64,000 nt of DNA, taken from NCBI GenBank assembly GCA_037446395.1, contig JBBIIP010000003.1, positions 33,339 to 97,338 on the forward strand. Direction: 5' to 3'. This DNA is from Lentimicrobiaceae bacterium. GTDB lineage: Bacteria > Bacteroidota > Bacteroidia > Bacteroidales > JAAYJT01. Shown piece after piece: positions 50,681 to 59,888 of this stretch; the stretch's first letter is position 1; each line of letters begins with the position of its first letter. A program made the position numbers and the translations under genes. The notes below the pieces were generated by a model, which saw nothing but the letters and a program-made list of their open reading frames with translations, had not been told where the DNA came from and searched no databases.

Positions 50681-50697
50681 TAAGCAAAGCGATATGC

Positions 50698-51294
50698 TTA
50701 TTCCCAATTTCCATCGGTTGAAGGCTCAAGCATTGAGCCGAGCTTCAGACCTGGATAGCGATTTATTTGTTCTTCTCCGGCTATCAGGTTGCGCAGGAGT
50801 TGGTCATCCATACCAAAAAGAAAAGTATTAAAATGTGCTTTTGCCTCGAAAACATTCACAAACACGCCTCCCCTATCAATCTTTCCGGCCTGTAGTTCGA
50901 ATTTCCTGCCATATGAAAAAGGAATAAAAGGCATTGAATCAATCGGATAAGAAGCATTCTTGAGCAAGGAATCGGCAACCAGTACCCAAGAAATAGTATC
51001 ATTAATAGTCCGGGTGAATGTTGTATCGGTGGGATCGGGCACCATTTTTACGACCGGGATTTTGTCTGTTTTTAAGAACTGAAGGAGGGTGTCAAAACTT
51101 CCGGTATACCTCTGGTATAATGAGCGATAAGTAAGCTGGGCTGCACGAATGTGTTTCATCTGGCTTACAACCGAATTTTTTCGGTATTCCATCTCCCGAT
51201 TGAATCGAACAGGACTCATGATGCTTTCGAATACGTAATAGGCCAGGGCGATAATAATGGCTGTTAGGATAATACTCAGAATGGTACGTTTCAT
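50698..51294 (-). CDS. Bitopic membrane protein with a pilin-like N-terminal helix (unknown function)
   Basis: The N-terminal TM segment MKRTILSIILTAIIIALAYYVF is followed by HIRAAQLTYRSLYQRYTGSFDTLLQFL. There is no prepilin G/FTLIE cleavage motif. Confidence 0.5.
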   Translation of the reverse strand: MKRTILSIILTAIIIALAYYVFESIMSPVRFNREMEYRKNSVVSQMKHIRAAQLTYRSLYQRYTGSFDTLLQFLKTDKIPVVKMVPDPTDTTFTRTINDTISWVLVADSLLKNASYPIDSMPFIPFSYGRKFELQAGKIDRGGVFVNVFEAKAHFNTFLFGMDDQLLRNLIAGEEQINRYPGLKLGSMLEPSTDGNWE

Positions 51295-51398
51295 GATTTA
51301 AGTTTTTTGTGGTTGCAAATTTAGAAAATTTTAATTCCCTGATAGGGTATGCTCTCTATTTAAAATTTCAATATATGTATTGACAATACCTGTTGCGA

Positions 51399-53168
51399 TT
51401 ATTGACAGATATTGGTTGATTTTTCCAGCATGGCAATGGTTTCGGCAGGGGCATTTTTCATATCCATGATTATAAATCCATCCATGGCATTATTGAACTT
51501 GGGATCAATATTAAATCCGATGATTCGTCCGTTTTGTTGCAAATATTTCCTGATAAGCACAGGGGCCTTAGCGCCCATTGGCTCCATTTCGGAGATGATA
51601 TCGTCAATGGTTTTCATTGAAGCTTCTTTTTCGTTTCCAAAAATGATATCGGCATCAATATAGGATGATCTGACTTTAAATTCCTTTCGTGCTTTGATGT
51701 GCTTCGCCATCTCATGGTCGAAATAATGCTTTTTGATATAATATACCAATAGGGTTTTTGAAACTTTCAGGAAACTGTTGCTAATACTAACCGGGCCAAG
51801 CAGATAGCGATATTCCGGATTATCGCGCATGAATATCAGGATTCCCCTCCACAACAAGAATAGAGTGTAAATCTTTTGTTGATAGTCTTTTACTATGAAT
51901 GAGCGCCCAAGCTCAACAGAATGTTTTAGTATCGGGTAGAATCCACGCTTGATCTGGAAGAGAGTGCTGATATAGAATCCTCTTGCGCCGAATTTGGAAA
52001 ACAGATCGTTTCCTTTCCCTACCCGATATGCCCCAACGATTCTTTTCTGTTTTTTATCCCAAATAAAAAGATGGTGATAATACAGATCAAATTCATCAAT
52101 ATCAATCGGGCGGTTTGTTCCTTCTCCGACTTCACGAAAAGTGATTTCTCTAAGGCGGCCAATTTCGCGCAAAATATTTGGAATATCTTTTGACCGCGAC
52201 AAATACAGTTCAAAATCCTGGAACTCGTTCAGCAGATCATTTTCTTTGATCTTTGCTATCTCCATTTCAAGTACTTGCTGATCAACGGGGTCTATGATTG
52301 GTTCAGGCTGTGCCTTGGCCTGAAGCGTGGTTGTGAAATAATTTCTTTTCCCTTCGAGGGTTGTACCCAGCATGTAGGTCTTAGCCCTAAGAAAACGCAT
52401 GAGTTGCTTATTGTCTTTAAACTCGGCAATCTCTTCCGGCAATATGGGTTTTCCTATGCGTATCCTGACAGTGTGTTTTTTCTTATTCAGAAGTTCGGAA
52501 GGAAGCCTTGCTGTCCGAAGCCTTGGATGAATGAGTCCGAGCAAATTAAAAAATAAGCTATTGCTTCCGCTGAAATACATAGGAACTACCTTTGCACCTG
52601 ATTTTGATATCAGTTTGCCAATCATCGGATTCCAGGCTTTATCAACGACCTTCCTCGACTTGTTTTGAATCGCAGAAACTTCCCCGGCAGGAAAAATCCC
52701 AATGGCATCACCTTGGGTAAGTATTTCGAGCGTTTTCTTTATACCTGACAGGCTTCGTTGTGCACTGTTTTTATTTTCAAATGGGTCTACCGGAATAAAA
52801 AAATCACGCAGAGGGGTAATCATGCTCAGGGCAAAGTTCGACATAGTCTTAAAATCTTGCCTTTTGCTTGCAAATATCTTAAGCATGATAAGTCCGTCAA
52901 GGCCACCATAAGGGTGATTGGCGATTACAATAAACGGTCCGGAGGCAGGTATGTTTTTCAGGTCGCTTTCAGGAACATCGTAGTTAATTTTTAATTCTCT
53001 GAGGCACGCATCAACAAACTCCAGCCCATGGAGGTGTTTAAACTGGTCATATAGCCTATTGATGCGATGGAGCCTTAATAAACGCATGAGCGGGATGGTC
53101 AAAATATTCAATCGAAGCTTTCTCAATGATAATGCTTCAGCAAATACATCGCGGTCAATAAGTGGCAT
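51399..53168 (-). CDS. Bifunctional acyltransferase, OlsF-like (PlsC-type O-acyltransferase + OlsB-type N-acyltransferase)
   Basis: The N-terminal half has the acyltransferase motif VIANHPYGGLDG and FPAGEVS. The C-terminal half has the GNAT/OlsB-like segment LREITFREVGEGTNRPIDIDEFDLYYHHLFIWDKKQKRIVGAYRV. Confidence 0.7.
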   Translation of the reverse strand: MPLIDRDVFAEALSLRKLRLNILTIPLMRLLRLHRINRLYDQFKHLHGLEFVDACLRELKINYDVPESDLKNIPASGPFIVIANHPYGGLDGLIMLKIFASKRQDFKTMSNFALSMITPLRDFFIPVDPFENKNSAQRSLSGIKKTLEILTQGDAIGIFPAGEVSAIQNKSRKVVDKAWNPMIGKLISKSGAKVVPMYFSGSNSLFFNLLGLIHPRLRTARLPSELLNKKKHTVRIRIGKPILPEEIAEFKDNKQLMRFLRAKTYMLGTTLEGKRNYFTTTLQAKAQPEPIIDPVDQQVLEMEIAKIKENDLLNEFQDFELYLSRSKDIPNILREIGRLREITFREVGEGTNRPIDIDEFDLYYHHLFIWDKKQKRIVGAYRVGKGNDLFSKFGARGFYISTLFQIKRGFYPILKHSVELGRSFIVKDYQQKIYTLFLLWRGILIFMRDNPEYRYLLGPVSISNSFLKVSKTLLVYYIKKHYFDHEMAKHIKARKEFKVRSSYIDADIIFGNEKEASMKTIDDIISEMEPMGAKAPVLIRKYLQQNGRIIGFNIDPKFNNAMDGFIIMDMKNAPAETIAMLEKSTNICQ

Positions 53169-53282
53169 AGGCAGTGACCTTTAATGGCAAAACTACAAAA
53201 TTATTCGTTTTATCAATCACTTTGTATTATTTCCAACCTTCATTCATCGAACTTAAGTGCGGCTTATTTCCTTTTGGGGAAG

Positions 53283-53756
53283 TTAGAGATTAAGTTCAGC
53301 AATACCCGGAATACTTTGCACTGGTTCAGCAGTTTGAGCGTGATAATCAAGCATGAAACAGAAATGTTGCAAGCCATTGGTGAGGATCACATAGCGTATA
53401 TTTAGGGCCAGGTTATAGCGAATGGCTTGCTCGAACGCTTTTTGATCAATCTTTACCGTTGGCCGTTTACATTCAACCACCAGTTGTGGCTTCTTCTCCC
53501 GATTAAATACCACAATATCGTAGCGCTTGGTCATTCGGTTTACTAAAATCGTTTTTTCAATTCCAATCAATCCCTCAGGAACTTTTCGATCCTCGACCAG
53601 GAATCTGATGAAGTTCTGCCTCACCCATTCCTCGGGAGTTAACACCACATATCTCCGCCTGACAGAGTCAAATACTGTGGTTTTATTTTCCACCTGCCGG
53701 AATGAAAAATTATAGGAGGGTAGGTTCAGTTTTATCATTGCAATTTCGGAAATCAC
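53283..53756 (-). CDS. Stand-alone HsdR N-terminal (PD-(D/E)xK nuclease-like) domain protein
   Basis: PEEWVRQNFIRFL, RYDIVVF and VVECKRP fit the D...E-x-K pattern. There is no helicase, hsdM or hsdS nearby. Confidence 0.6.
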   Translation of the reverse strand: MISEIAMIKLNLPSYNFSFRQVENKTTVFDSVRRRYVVLTPEEWVRQNFIRFLVEDRKVPEGLIGIEKTILVNRMTKRYDIVVFNREKKPQLVVECKRPTVKIDQKAFEQAIRYNLALNIRYVILTNGLQHFCFMLDYHAQTAEPVQSIPGIAELNL

Positions 53757-53821
53757 AGGCCAAGGTATTAAGATTTTTTAAAAGACTTATATTTGCCAAT
53801 CTATTCATTTATATTCTTACG

Positions 53822-54595
53822 ATGAAAACCAAGGAAGAGATTGTTCTTAACTGGCTCCCAAGGTACACAGGAACCAAGATCGAAGAATTTGGCAAATATA
53901 TACTTCTAACTAATTTTTCGCACTATCTTGAATTGTTTTCGCAATGGCATAATGTCGAAATCAAGGGAATTGGCCGGGCGATGCCAAGTGCAACAGCCGG
54001 AAATATCACCATGATCAATTTTGGAATGGGTAGTGCAAACGCAGCCACCATCATGGATTTACTCAGTGCCATCAAGCCAAAAGCCTGTTTATTTTTGGGA
54101 AAATGTGGAGGAATCAAAGAAAAACATCAGTTGGGAGAGCTTATCCTGCCAATTGCCGCCATCCGTGGCGAAGGAACTTCTAACGATTATCTTCCGCCCG
54201 AAGTTCCCGCACTTCCTGCATTTAGTCTTCAAAAAGCCGTTTCAACGACCATCCGGGATTTCAATAAAGATTACTGGACTGGCACCATTTATACCACAAA
54301 CCGGCGGGTATGGGAGTTCGACGAAGAGTTTAAGGATTATCTTGTCAATATTCGATGTATGGGTGTGGATATGGAATCGGCCACACTCTTTATCGTTGGG
54401 TTTGCAAACAGTATTCCAACCGGAGCCCTGCTGCTCATTTCAGATCAGCCCATGATTTCAAGTGGAATAAAGACTGAGCAGAGCGATCGGATGGTATCCG
54501 AAAAATTTGTTGAAGATCATTTGCGCATAGGCATTGACTCGTTGCATCAGCTAATCAACAACGGGCTGACTGTCAAGCACCTGCGCTTTGATTAA
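53822..54595 (+). CDS. Short AMP nucleosidase-like protein (PNP_UDP_1 fold)
   Basis: NFGMGSANAATIMDLL and GVDMESATLF are typical of nucleoside phosphorylase/nucleosidase folds. The ATG at 53822 gives 257 aa. Confidence 0.65.
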   Translation: MKTKEEIVLNWLPRYTGTKIEEFGKYILLTNFSHYLELFSQWHNVEIKGIGRAMPSATAGNITMINFGMGSANAATIMDLLSAIKPKACLFLGKCGGIKEKHQLGELILPIAAIRGEGTSNDYLPPEVPALPAFSLQKAVSTTIRDFNKDYWTGTIYTTNRRVWEFDEEFKDYLVNIRCMGVDMESATLFIVGFANSIPTGALLLISDQPMISSGIKTEQSDRMVSEKFVEDHLRIGIDSLHQLINNGLTVKHLRFD

Positions 54596-54622
54596 TTGCG
54601 TTTTCAACCACCAAGGACGGGT

Positions 54623-55621
54623 ATGACCTTTCAAGAAATTATTTCAAACCTCAGGAGGCATATTTACCATCCGGTTTATTTCCTTACGGGAGAAGAGTCG
54701 TATTTTATCGATGAAATTGCAGAGTTCGTTGAAACAAATGTCCTGAGTCCTGAAGAGCGGGAATTTAACCAACTGGTCGTGTATGGGCGGGAAGTAGATA
54801 TGCGAACCATCATCAGCCATTGCAAGCGATACCCGATGATGTCGAGTCATTTTGTCGTGATTGTGCGGGAAGCGCAGGACCTTGACAACCTGGATGGACT
54901 TGAGGCCTATCTTGACAAGCCTCTATTAAGTACACTCCTTGTGCTATGCTATAAATACAAGAAGTTTGACGGGCGAACCAAGCTTGCAAAAAAGATCAAG
55001 GAAAAAGCAGTCTTTTTTGAATCAGCAAAACTATATGATAATAAAATTCCGGGCTGGATTGAATCCTATCTGGTGCAAAAAAGCATAGCAATTACCCCTA
55101 AGGCAGCCGAGATGTTGGCAGAGTACTTAGGCAATGACCTCGGAAAAATTGTTAATGAGCTGAATAAGCTTGTGATTGGAATGTCTTCAGGGACCATGAT
55201 AACTGATGACCTGGTTGAGCAAAACATTGGAATCAGTAAAGATTTCAACATATTTGAATTTCAGAAAGCACTCGGGCAAAAAAGCATATACAAAGCCAAT
55301 CTGATTGCAAATTATTTTGCATCAAACCCCAAAGACAATCATATCCTGAGAATTATACCGATTCTATATTCATACTTTCTTAAACTGATGATCTACCATC
55401 AGCTCGATCAGAAAAGCGACGAAAATGCTGCCAAGGTATTGGGTGTAAATCCCTTTTTTCTTAAAGATTATAAACAAGCTGCCCAAAATTATGACCTCAA
55501 AAAACTAAGCTCAATCATAGATTTATTAAGGCATTACGACTTGCGTTCGAAGGGAGTTGAAAATGAATCAACCACAGATGGCGAACTGCTTAGGGAAATG
55601 GTTTACAGAATTCTTCACTAG
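54623..55621 (+). CDS. holA: DNA polymerase III subunit delta
   Basis: The N-terminus MTFQEIISNLRRHIYHPVYFLTGEESYFIDEI and the length (332 aa) are typical of HolA. Confidence 0.75.
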   Translation: MTFQEIISNLRRHIYHPVYFLTGEESYFIDEIAEFVETNVLSPEEREFNQLVVYGREVDMRTIISHCKRYPMMSSHFVVIVREAQDLDNLDGLEAYLDKPLLSTLLVLCYKYKKFDGRTKLAKKIKEKAVFFESAKLYDNKIPGWIESYLVQKSIAITPKAAEMLAEYLGNDLGKIVNELNKLVIGMSSGTMITDDLVEQNIGISKDFNIFEFQKALGQKSIYKANLIANYFASNPKDNHILRIIPILYSYFLKLMIYHQLDQKSDENAAKVLGVNPFFLKDYKQAAQNYDLKKLSSIIDLLRHYDLRSKGVENESTTDGELLREMVYRILH

Positions 55622-55654
55622 ATTTTTGAGCCGGGGCAAATTGTTCAATTTAAC

Positions 55655-55668
55655 ACCTGAATTCAGGT
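55655..55668. terminator. 14-nt perfect palindrome between convergent holA and the MFS transporter gene
   Basis: ACCTGAATTCAGGT could form a 5-bp stem with a 4-nt loop on either strand. The hairpin is weak and has no U-tract. Confidence 0.25.
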
Positions 55669-55707
55669 CAAAACCGCTTTCAGTATGACGATTCTCTTTT
55701 CCTGCTT

Positions 55708-57078
55708 TTAAGAAACGTTTTTTACTTTGCTTCCGAATAAGGCAAAATATAATATAAACAGGTAGCTGAATGCGGGTATAATAAATGAATACAGGATGCC
55801 AAAAGCATCGCTGACAAGACCCATCAACAACGGGATAACTGCTCCTCCAACAATCATTGTATTAATAATTCCGGCAGCAAGACTGATCTCGCTTTTGTCG
55901 AGGGTTTTGACTGCCAGTGCAAAGATGTTAGGAAACATGATTGAATTGAATAACCCAATCGAAACGATTGCCCAAAGGGCAATTGAGCCACTGGCCAACA
56001 TCGAAGTGATCGCCAATGCAAGTGCAACGGCAGCAAAAATAGAAAGCGAGTTACTGGCTTTGCCTTTGCCAAGCTGCATTAACAGGTAAGTTAATATTGC
56101 AAAACCGAAGAAAATGAGTGCCTTGTCGAAGCTATATTCAAGGGTTATAAAACCAACAACCCCTGCCAGTATCATTACAAGGATCACAAAACTGAATTTT
56201 GTCTTCTGTTTTTTTATTCCTGAAAGTTCAATGGCGCCAAAAAACCTTCCTGTCATTGTTCCTGCCCAATAAAGACCGACAAACTTCAATGCAAGTTCGC
56301 GGCTGATTCCTCCACCTACTTCTGGCAAAATGATATAGGATGAAATCGCAGTGCCTACTCCGACCTCGGCACCTACATAAAAGAAAACAGCGATCGCACC
56401 CAAAATCATGTGGCGATATTTCATAACTGTTTTATAACTTCCCAGTCCTTCCTGGCTGAGTTCGGGCATTCGTGTCCTCCAGATGGCAAAAGCGATCATC
56501 AACACCAACAGTGCGATCATCATAAAAGGCAGGAGAAGATCTCCCGGTTGGACTTTCAGGGCAGCGCCTTCGACCGGCGATAAAGCTTTTGGCAATATTA
56601 CAGCAACTATTAAAAGTGGAGCAATCCATGTTGCAATTGAATTCAGTGCCTGGGTGAAATTCAGCCTGCCACTAGCGGTATCGGGAGGGCCTAAAATCGC
56701 CACATATGGATTGGCAGCATTTTGAAGCACCACCACCCCCATCGAAAGAATGAATATGGCACCTAGAAAAAGAAAATACGATTCAACTTTGATAGCAGGA
56801 AAAAACAGGAATCCGGCAAGAGAAATTATCATAAGGCCGGTGACAATTGCACTTTTATAACCGATTCGCTTTACCAATACTCCTGCTGGTATCGAAAAGA
56901 GTGCAAAAGAAATAAAAAATGCACTGTTTACCAGAAAGGCCTGTGTAAAGGAGAGGTTGAACGCCTCCTTTACCGGATCGCTCAAGGTGATGATGAAGGA
57001 AGTTACAAATCCGAAAATAAAGAAAATCATGGAAACAAATATCATTCCCAATCTTAGCGTGTTTGATTGCTCTTTCAT
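55708..57078 (-). CDS. MFS sugar transporter (glucose/galactose/fucose-permease type)
   Basis: 456 aa, 12-TM-like. It is the last gene in the GH20-ROK-MFS block. Confidence 0.8.
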   Translation of the reverse strand: MKEQSNTLRLGMIFVSMIFFIFGFVTSFIITLSDPVKEAFNLSFTQAFLVNSAFFISFALFSIPAGVLVKRIGYKSAIVTGLMIISLAGFLFFPAIKVESYFLFLGAIFILSMGVVVLQNAANPYVAILGPPDTASGRLNFTQALNSIATWIAPLLIVAVILPKALSPVEGAALKVQPGDLLLPFMMIALLVLMIAFAIWRTRMPELSQEGLGSYKTVMKYRHMILGAIAVFFYVGAEVGVGTAISSYIILPEVGGGISRELALKFVGLYWAGTMTGRFFGAIELSGIKKQKTKFSFVILVMILAGVVGFITLEYSFDKALIFFGFAILTYLLMQLGKGKASNSLSIFAAVALALAITSMLASGSIALWAIVSIGLFNSIMFPNIFALAVKTLDKSEISLAAGIINTMIVGGAVIPLLMGLVSDAFGILYSFIIPAFSYLFILYFALFGSKVKNVS

Positions 57079-57135
57079 AATTTCAATTGATTCTATGTGT
57101 ATTGATTTCTCTTTTGCAGCCCCGGCTAATCATGC

Positions 57136-58089
57136 TTAATAATCTTTCCATATCAGAGCTCCGGCGCCAAGCACTGCAGCATTTTTATCCATTAGGCCCG
57201 AAGGCAGTAATTTCACTTTATTTTTGAAAGTGCTCATTAAACTTTCTTCCATGTATTTCCGCGTGGGGTCAAATATATATTTTCCAGCTTTAGCCAGCCC
57301 TCCAAAAAGAAAGATAGCTTCAGGACTGGTATGAGCCACAGAGTCGGCAAGCTTGGATCCAAGAATTTTTCCGGTGATTTCGAAGGCTTTGAGTGCTACC
57401 GGGTCATTTCTGGTTGCAGCCTGAAAGATTATTTCTGAATTGAGCAAATTGAAGGTATAGTCTGCGAGAGTTGAGCCTTCATGGTCGAGCGCGAGTAATT
57501 CAAAAACAGTTCGTTTTATTCCTGGAGCCGACACATAAGTTTCCAGGCATCCGTAATTACCGCATCCACATCGCCTGCCATTTTTCCGAACATTTATGTG
57601 TCCAAGCTCACCGGCAAAACCATCGTGGCCATATACCAGGTCGCCGTTCACTACAATACCGCTTCCCAGCCCGGTTCCCAATGTAATCATAATAAAATCT
57701 TTCATCCCATTCGCAGCGCCATAGATCATTTCTCCCAGTGCAGCCGCATTGGCGTCATTGGTAAGTTTTACCGGAACGTTGTAGAACTTTCTGAAAAGCC
57801 CGCTAAAGGGGACGATTCCCTTCCAATTCAAATTTGCGGCATTTTCGATGGTGCCCTTGTGATAATTGGCATTGGGTGCTCCAATGCCTACTCCAATAAT
57901 CTGATAACGAAACTTGATAGTTAGCTCTGCATCTTTGAGTTTCTCCACGAGGTTGGCGATGTAGTCATGTTCATTATTGAACACATCTGTTGGAGTTGTG
58001 CCTTCGGCATAGCAGTTTCCATCACGGTCAGTAAACCCAAATTTGGTGAATGTTCCGCCGATATCTATTCCAATTACGAGTTCTTTCAT
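57136..58089 (-). CDS. ROK-family sugar kinase (glucokinase/N-acetylglucosamine kinase)
   Basis: N-terminal GIDIGGT and the ROK zinc motif CGCGNYGCLETYVS. Confidence 0.85.
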   Translation of the reverse strand: MKELVIGIDIGGTFTKFGFTDRDGNCYAEGTTPTDVFNNEHDYIANLVEKLKDAELTIKFRYQIIGVGIGAPNANYHKGTIENAANLNWKGIVPFSGLFRKFYNVPVKLTNDANAAALGEMIYGAANGMKDFIMITLGTGLGSGIVVNGDLVYGHDGFAGELGHINVRKNGRRCGCGNYGCLETYVSAPGIKRTVFELLALDHEGSTLADYTFNLLNSEIIFQAATRNDPVALKAFEITGKILGSKLADSVAHTSPEAIFLFGGLAKAGKYIFDPTRKYMEESLMSTFKNKVKLLPSGLMDKNAAVLGAGALIWKDY

Positions 58090-58161
58090 GGGTTTTCTGA
58101 CCTACCTGGCACTCTGAGTCAAAAGTAGAAATTAAATAAACGCGACCAGGTGCTGGGTTTA

Positions 58162-59814
58162 TTACTTCACCGGTTCCTTAAAATAATTCACATTTATCAT
58201 GTCGAGGCGATTCAGGTGCTTAATCAGCCGCTGCGTGAAATCAACGTAGTTATGTTGTTCGCGGGGAGTCCATAGTACTTCAGCAAGAGCGATGGCCCGG
58301 GGATACGCCATGTATTCGACATGGGCAGGTGTTTTCATATACTCTGTCCACACATTTCCCTGTGCGCCAAGCACATACTCTGATTCTTCCCTTGTTAATT
58401 CATTTGGAATTGGATTAAAGGAATAGACTTTTTCGAGTGTGGTCATTCCACCAATTGCCAGGGGTTGGGTGGCAGGATCGGCCTGATAATGATCGAAATA
58501 GCAATGAGAACCGGGGGTCATAATAACCTGTTGCTTCACTTTTGCTGCTGCGATGCCTCCCTCGGTGCCTCGCCACGACATTACTGTTGCATTGGGGGTC
58601 AGGCCGCCTTCAAGAATCTCGTCCCATCCGATAATATTGCGGTCTTTGGTCAGCAAAAAATTTTCGATCCGGTGTATAAAATAGCTTTGCAGTTCGTATT
58701 CATCTGCCAATTTTTCTTTTTTTATTCTGTCCTGACATTTGGGGCATTTTTTCCATCTGGTTTTTGGACATTCATCACCCCCGATATGAATCAGTTTAGA
58801 GGGAAATAATTCGATAACCTCTGAAAGGACGTTTTCAAGAAAACCGAAAACCTTCTCGTTGCCTGCACAAAACACATCATCAAAAACTCCCCAACGGGTT
58901 GCTACTTCATAAGGCCCACCGGTGCATCCCAGCTCAGGATATGCAGCCAAGGCCGCGCGGCTATGTCCGGGCATTTCAATTTCCGGAATAATTGTTATGA
59001 ATCTGTCTTCAGCATATTTGACAATTTCCCGAACTTCTTCTTGTGTGTAATAACCCCCATAAGGTTTGCCATCAAATTGAAATGGCTGCACGCCGCCATG
59101 GCCAATAAGCGTTTCTTTTCGGATTGAGCCGATTTGAGTGAGCCTGGGGTATTGTTTTATTTCGATTCGCCAGCCTTGATCCTCGGTAAGATGCCAGTGA
59201 AAATGGTTCATTTTATGAAGCGCCATGAGGTCTAAATACTTTTTTATAAAACTCACCGGAAAAAAGTGCCTTGCAACATCGAGGTGCATTCCCCGATAAG
59301 CAAAAGCAGGGTAATCCTTAAGAACCAGGCAAGGAATTTCAATTTCCCTAATTTGGTTTGCAAATGCCTCGTTTTCAATTTCTGCAGGAAGCAATTGCCT
59401 AAGGCTCTGAATCCCATAAAAAACACCCCTCGCACTTGCCGCAGAAATTATAATTCTTTTCCTTGTGATTTCTAATTTGTATTCTTCTGCCCTTTCGAGG
59501 TTAGGATCAATAGTCAGATAAATTCCTTTTCCTTTTTGACTTCCAGCATCAATAGAGCTGATATTTGTTTTTATGTTTGCTGTTTCGAACACCGTTGAAA
59601 GGTAATTGGCCAAGCCCATAAGATCTTGTTGTTCAGCAGAAACCATAATACTGACTTCTCCTCTTAATTTATATACGCCATTCTTCTGTTCAATTTTAAC
59701 TGGTTGGGGGATGATTTGAACAGGTTTTACTTCCGGAGAACAGGAAATCATGGTTTGGATGAAAAGGATTGCGATTAGCACCTGGATGAAAATTCTTTGT
59801 TTTGGATTGTGCAT
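58162..59814 (-). CDS. Beta-N-acetylhexosaminidase (GH20), secreted/lipoprotein-like
   Basis: GH20 catalytic region HIGGDEC, plus RGMHLDVARHF and HWHLTEDQGWR. The signal sequence has Cys (MISCS). Confidence 0.9.
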   Translation of the reverse strand: MHNPKQRIFIQVLIAILFIQTMISCSPEVKPVQIIPQPVKIEQKNGVYKLRGEVSIMVSAEQQDLMGLANYLSTVFETANIKTNISSIDAGSQKGKGIYLTIDPNLERAEEYKLEITRKRIIISAASARGVFYGIQSLRQLLPAEIENEAFANQIREIEIPCLVLKDYPAFAYRGMHLDVARHFFPVSFIKKYLDLMALHKMNHFHWHLTEDQGWRIEIKQYPRLTQIGSIRKETLIGHGGVQPFQFDGKPYGGYYTQEEVREIVKYAEDRFITIIPEIEMPGHSRAALAAYPELGCTGGPYEVATRWGVFDDVFCAGNEKVFGFLENVLSEVIELFPSKLIHIGGDECPKTRWKKCPKCQDRIKKEKLADEYELQSYFIHRIENFLLTKDRNIIGWDEILEGGLTPNATVMSWRGTEGGIAAAKVKQQVIMTPGSHCYFDHYQADPATQPLAIGGMTTLEKVYSFNPIPNELTREESEYVLGAQGNVWTEYMKTPAHVEYMAYPRAIALAEVLWTPREQHNYVDFTQRLIKHLNRLDMINVNYFKEPVK

Positions 59815-59888
59815 GATTTTAAAGTTTAGATGATTGCCTATAGGGGTGGATGAGTAGATTTTTGAAGGGTTCAGAATTTGAGATGTTT

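Noticed and set aside
53283-54595. The PD-(D/E)xK HsdR_N-domain protein, divergent from a PNP/nucleosidase-fold protein, as a two-gene anti-phage defence module.
   Set aside because: No sensor, ATPase, methylase or specificity subunit is nearby. As far as I recall, both families occur as widely conserved singletons in Bacteroidota core genomes. The flanking genes (holA, aminolipid synthase) are housekeeping.
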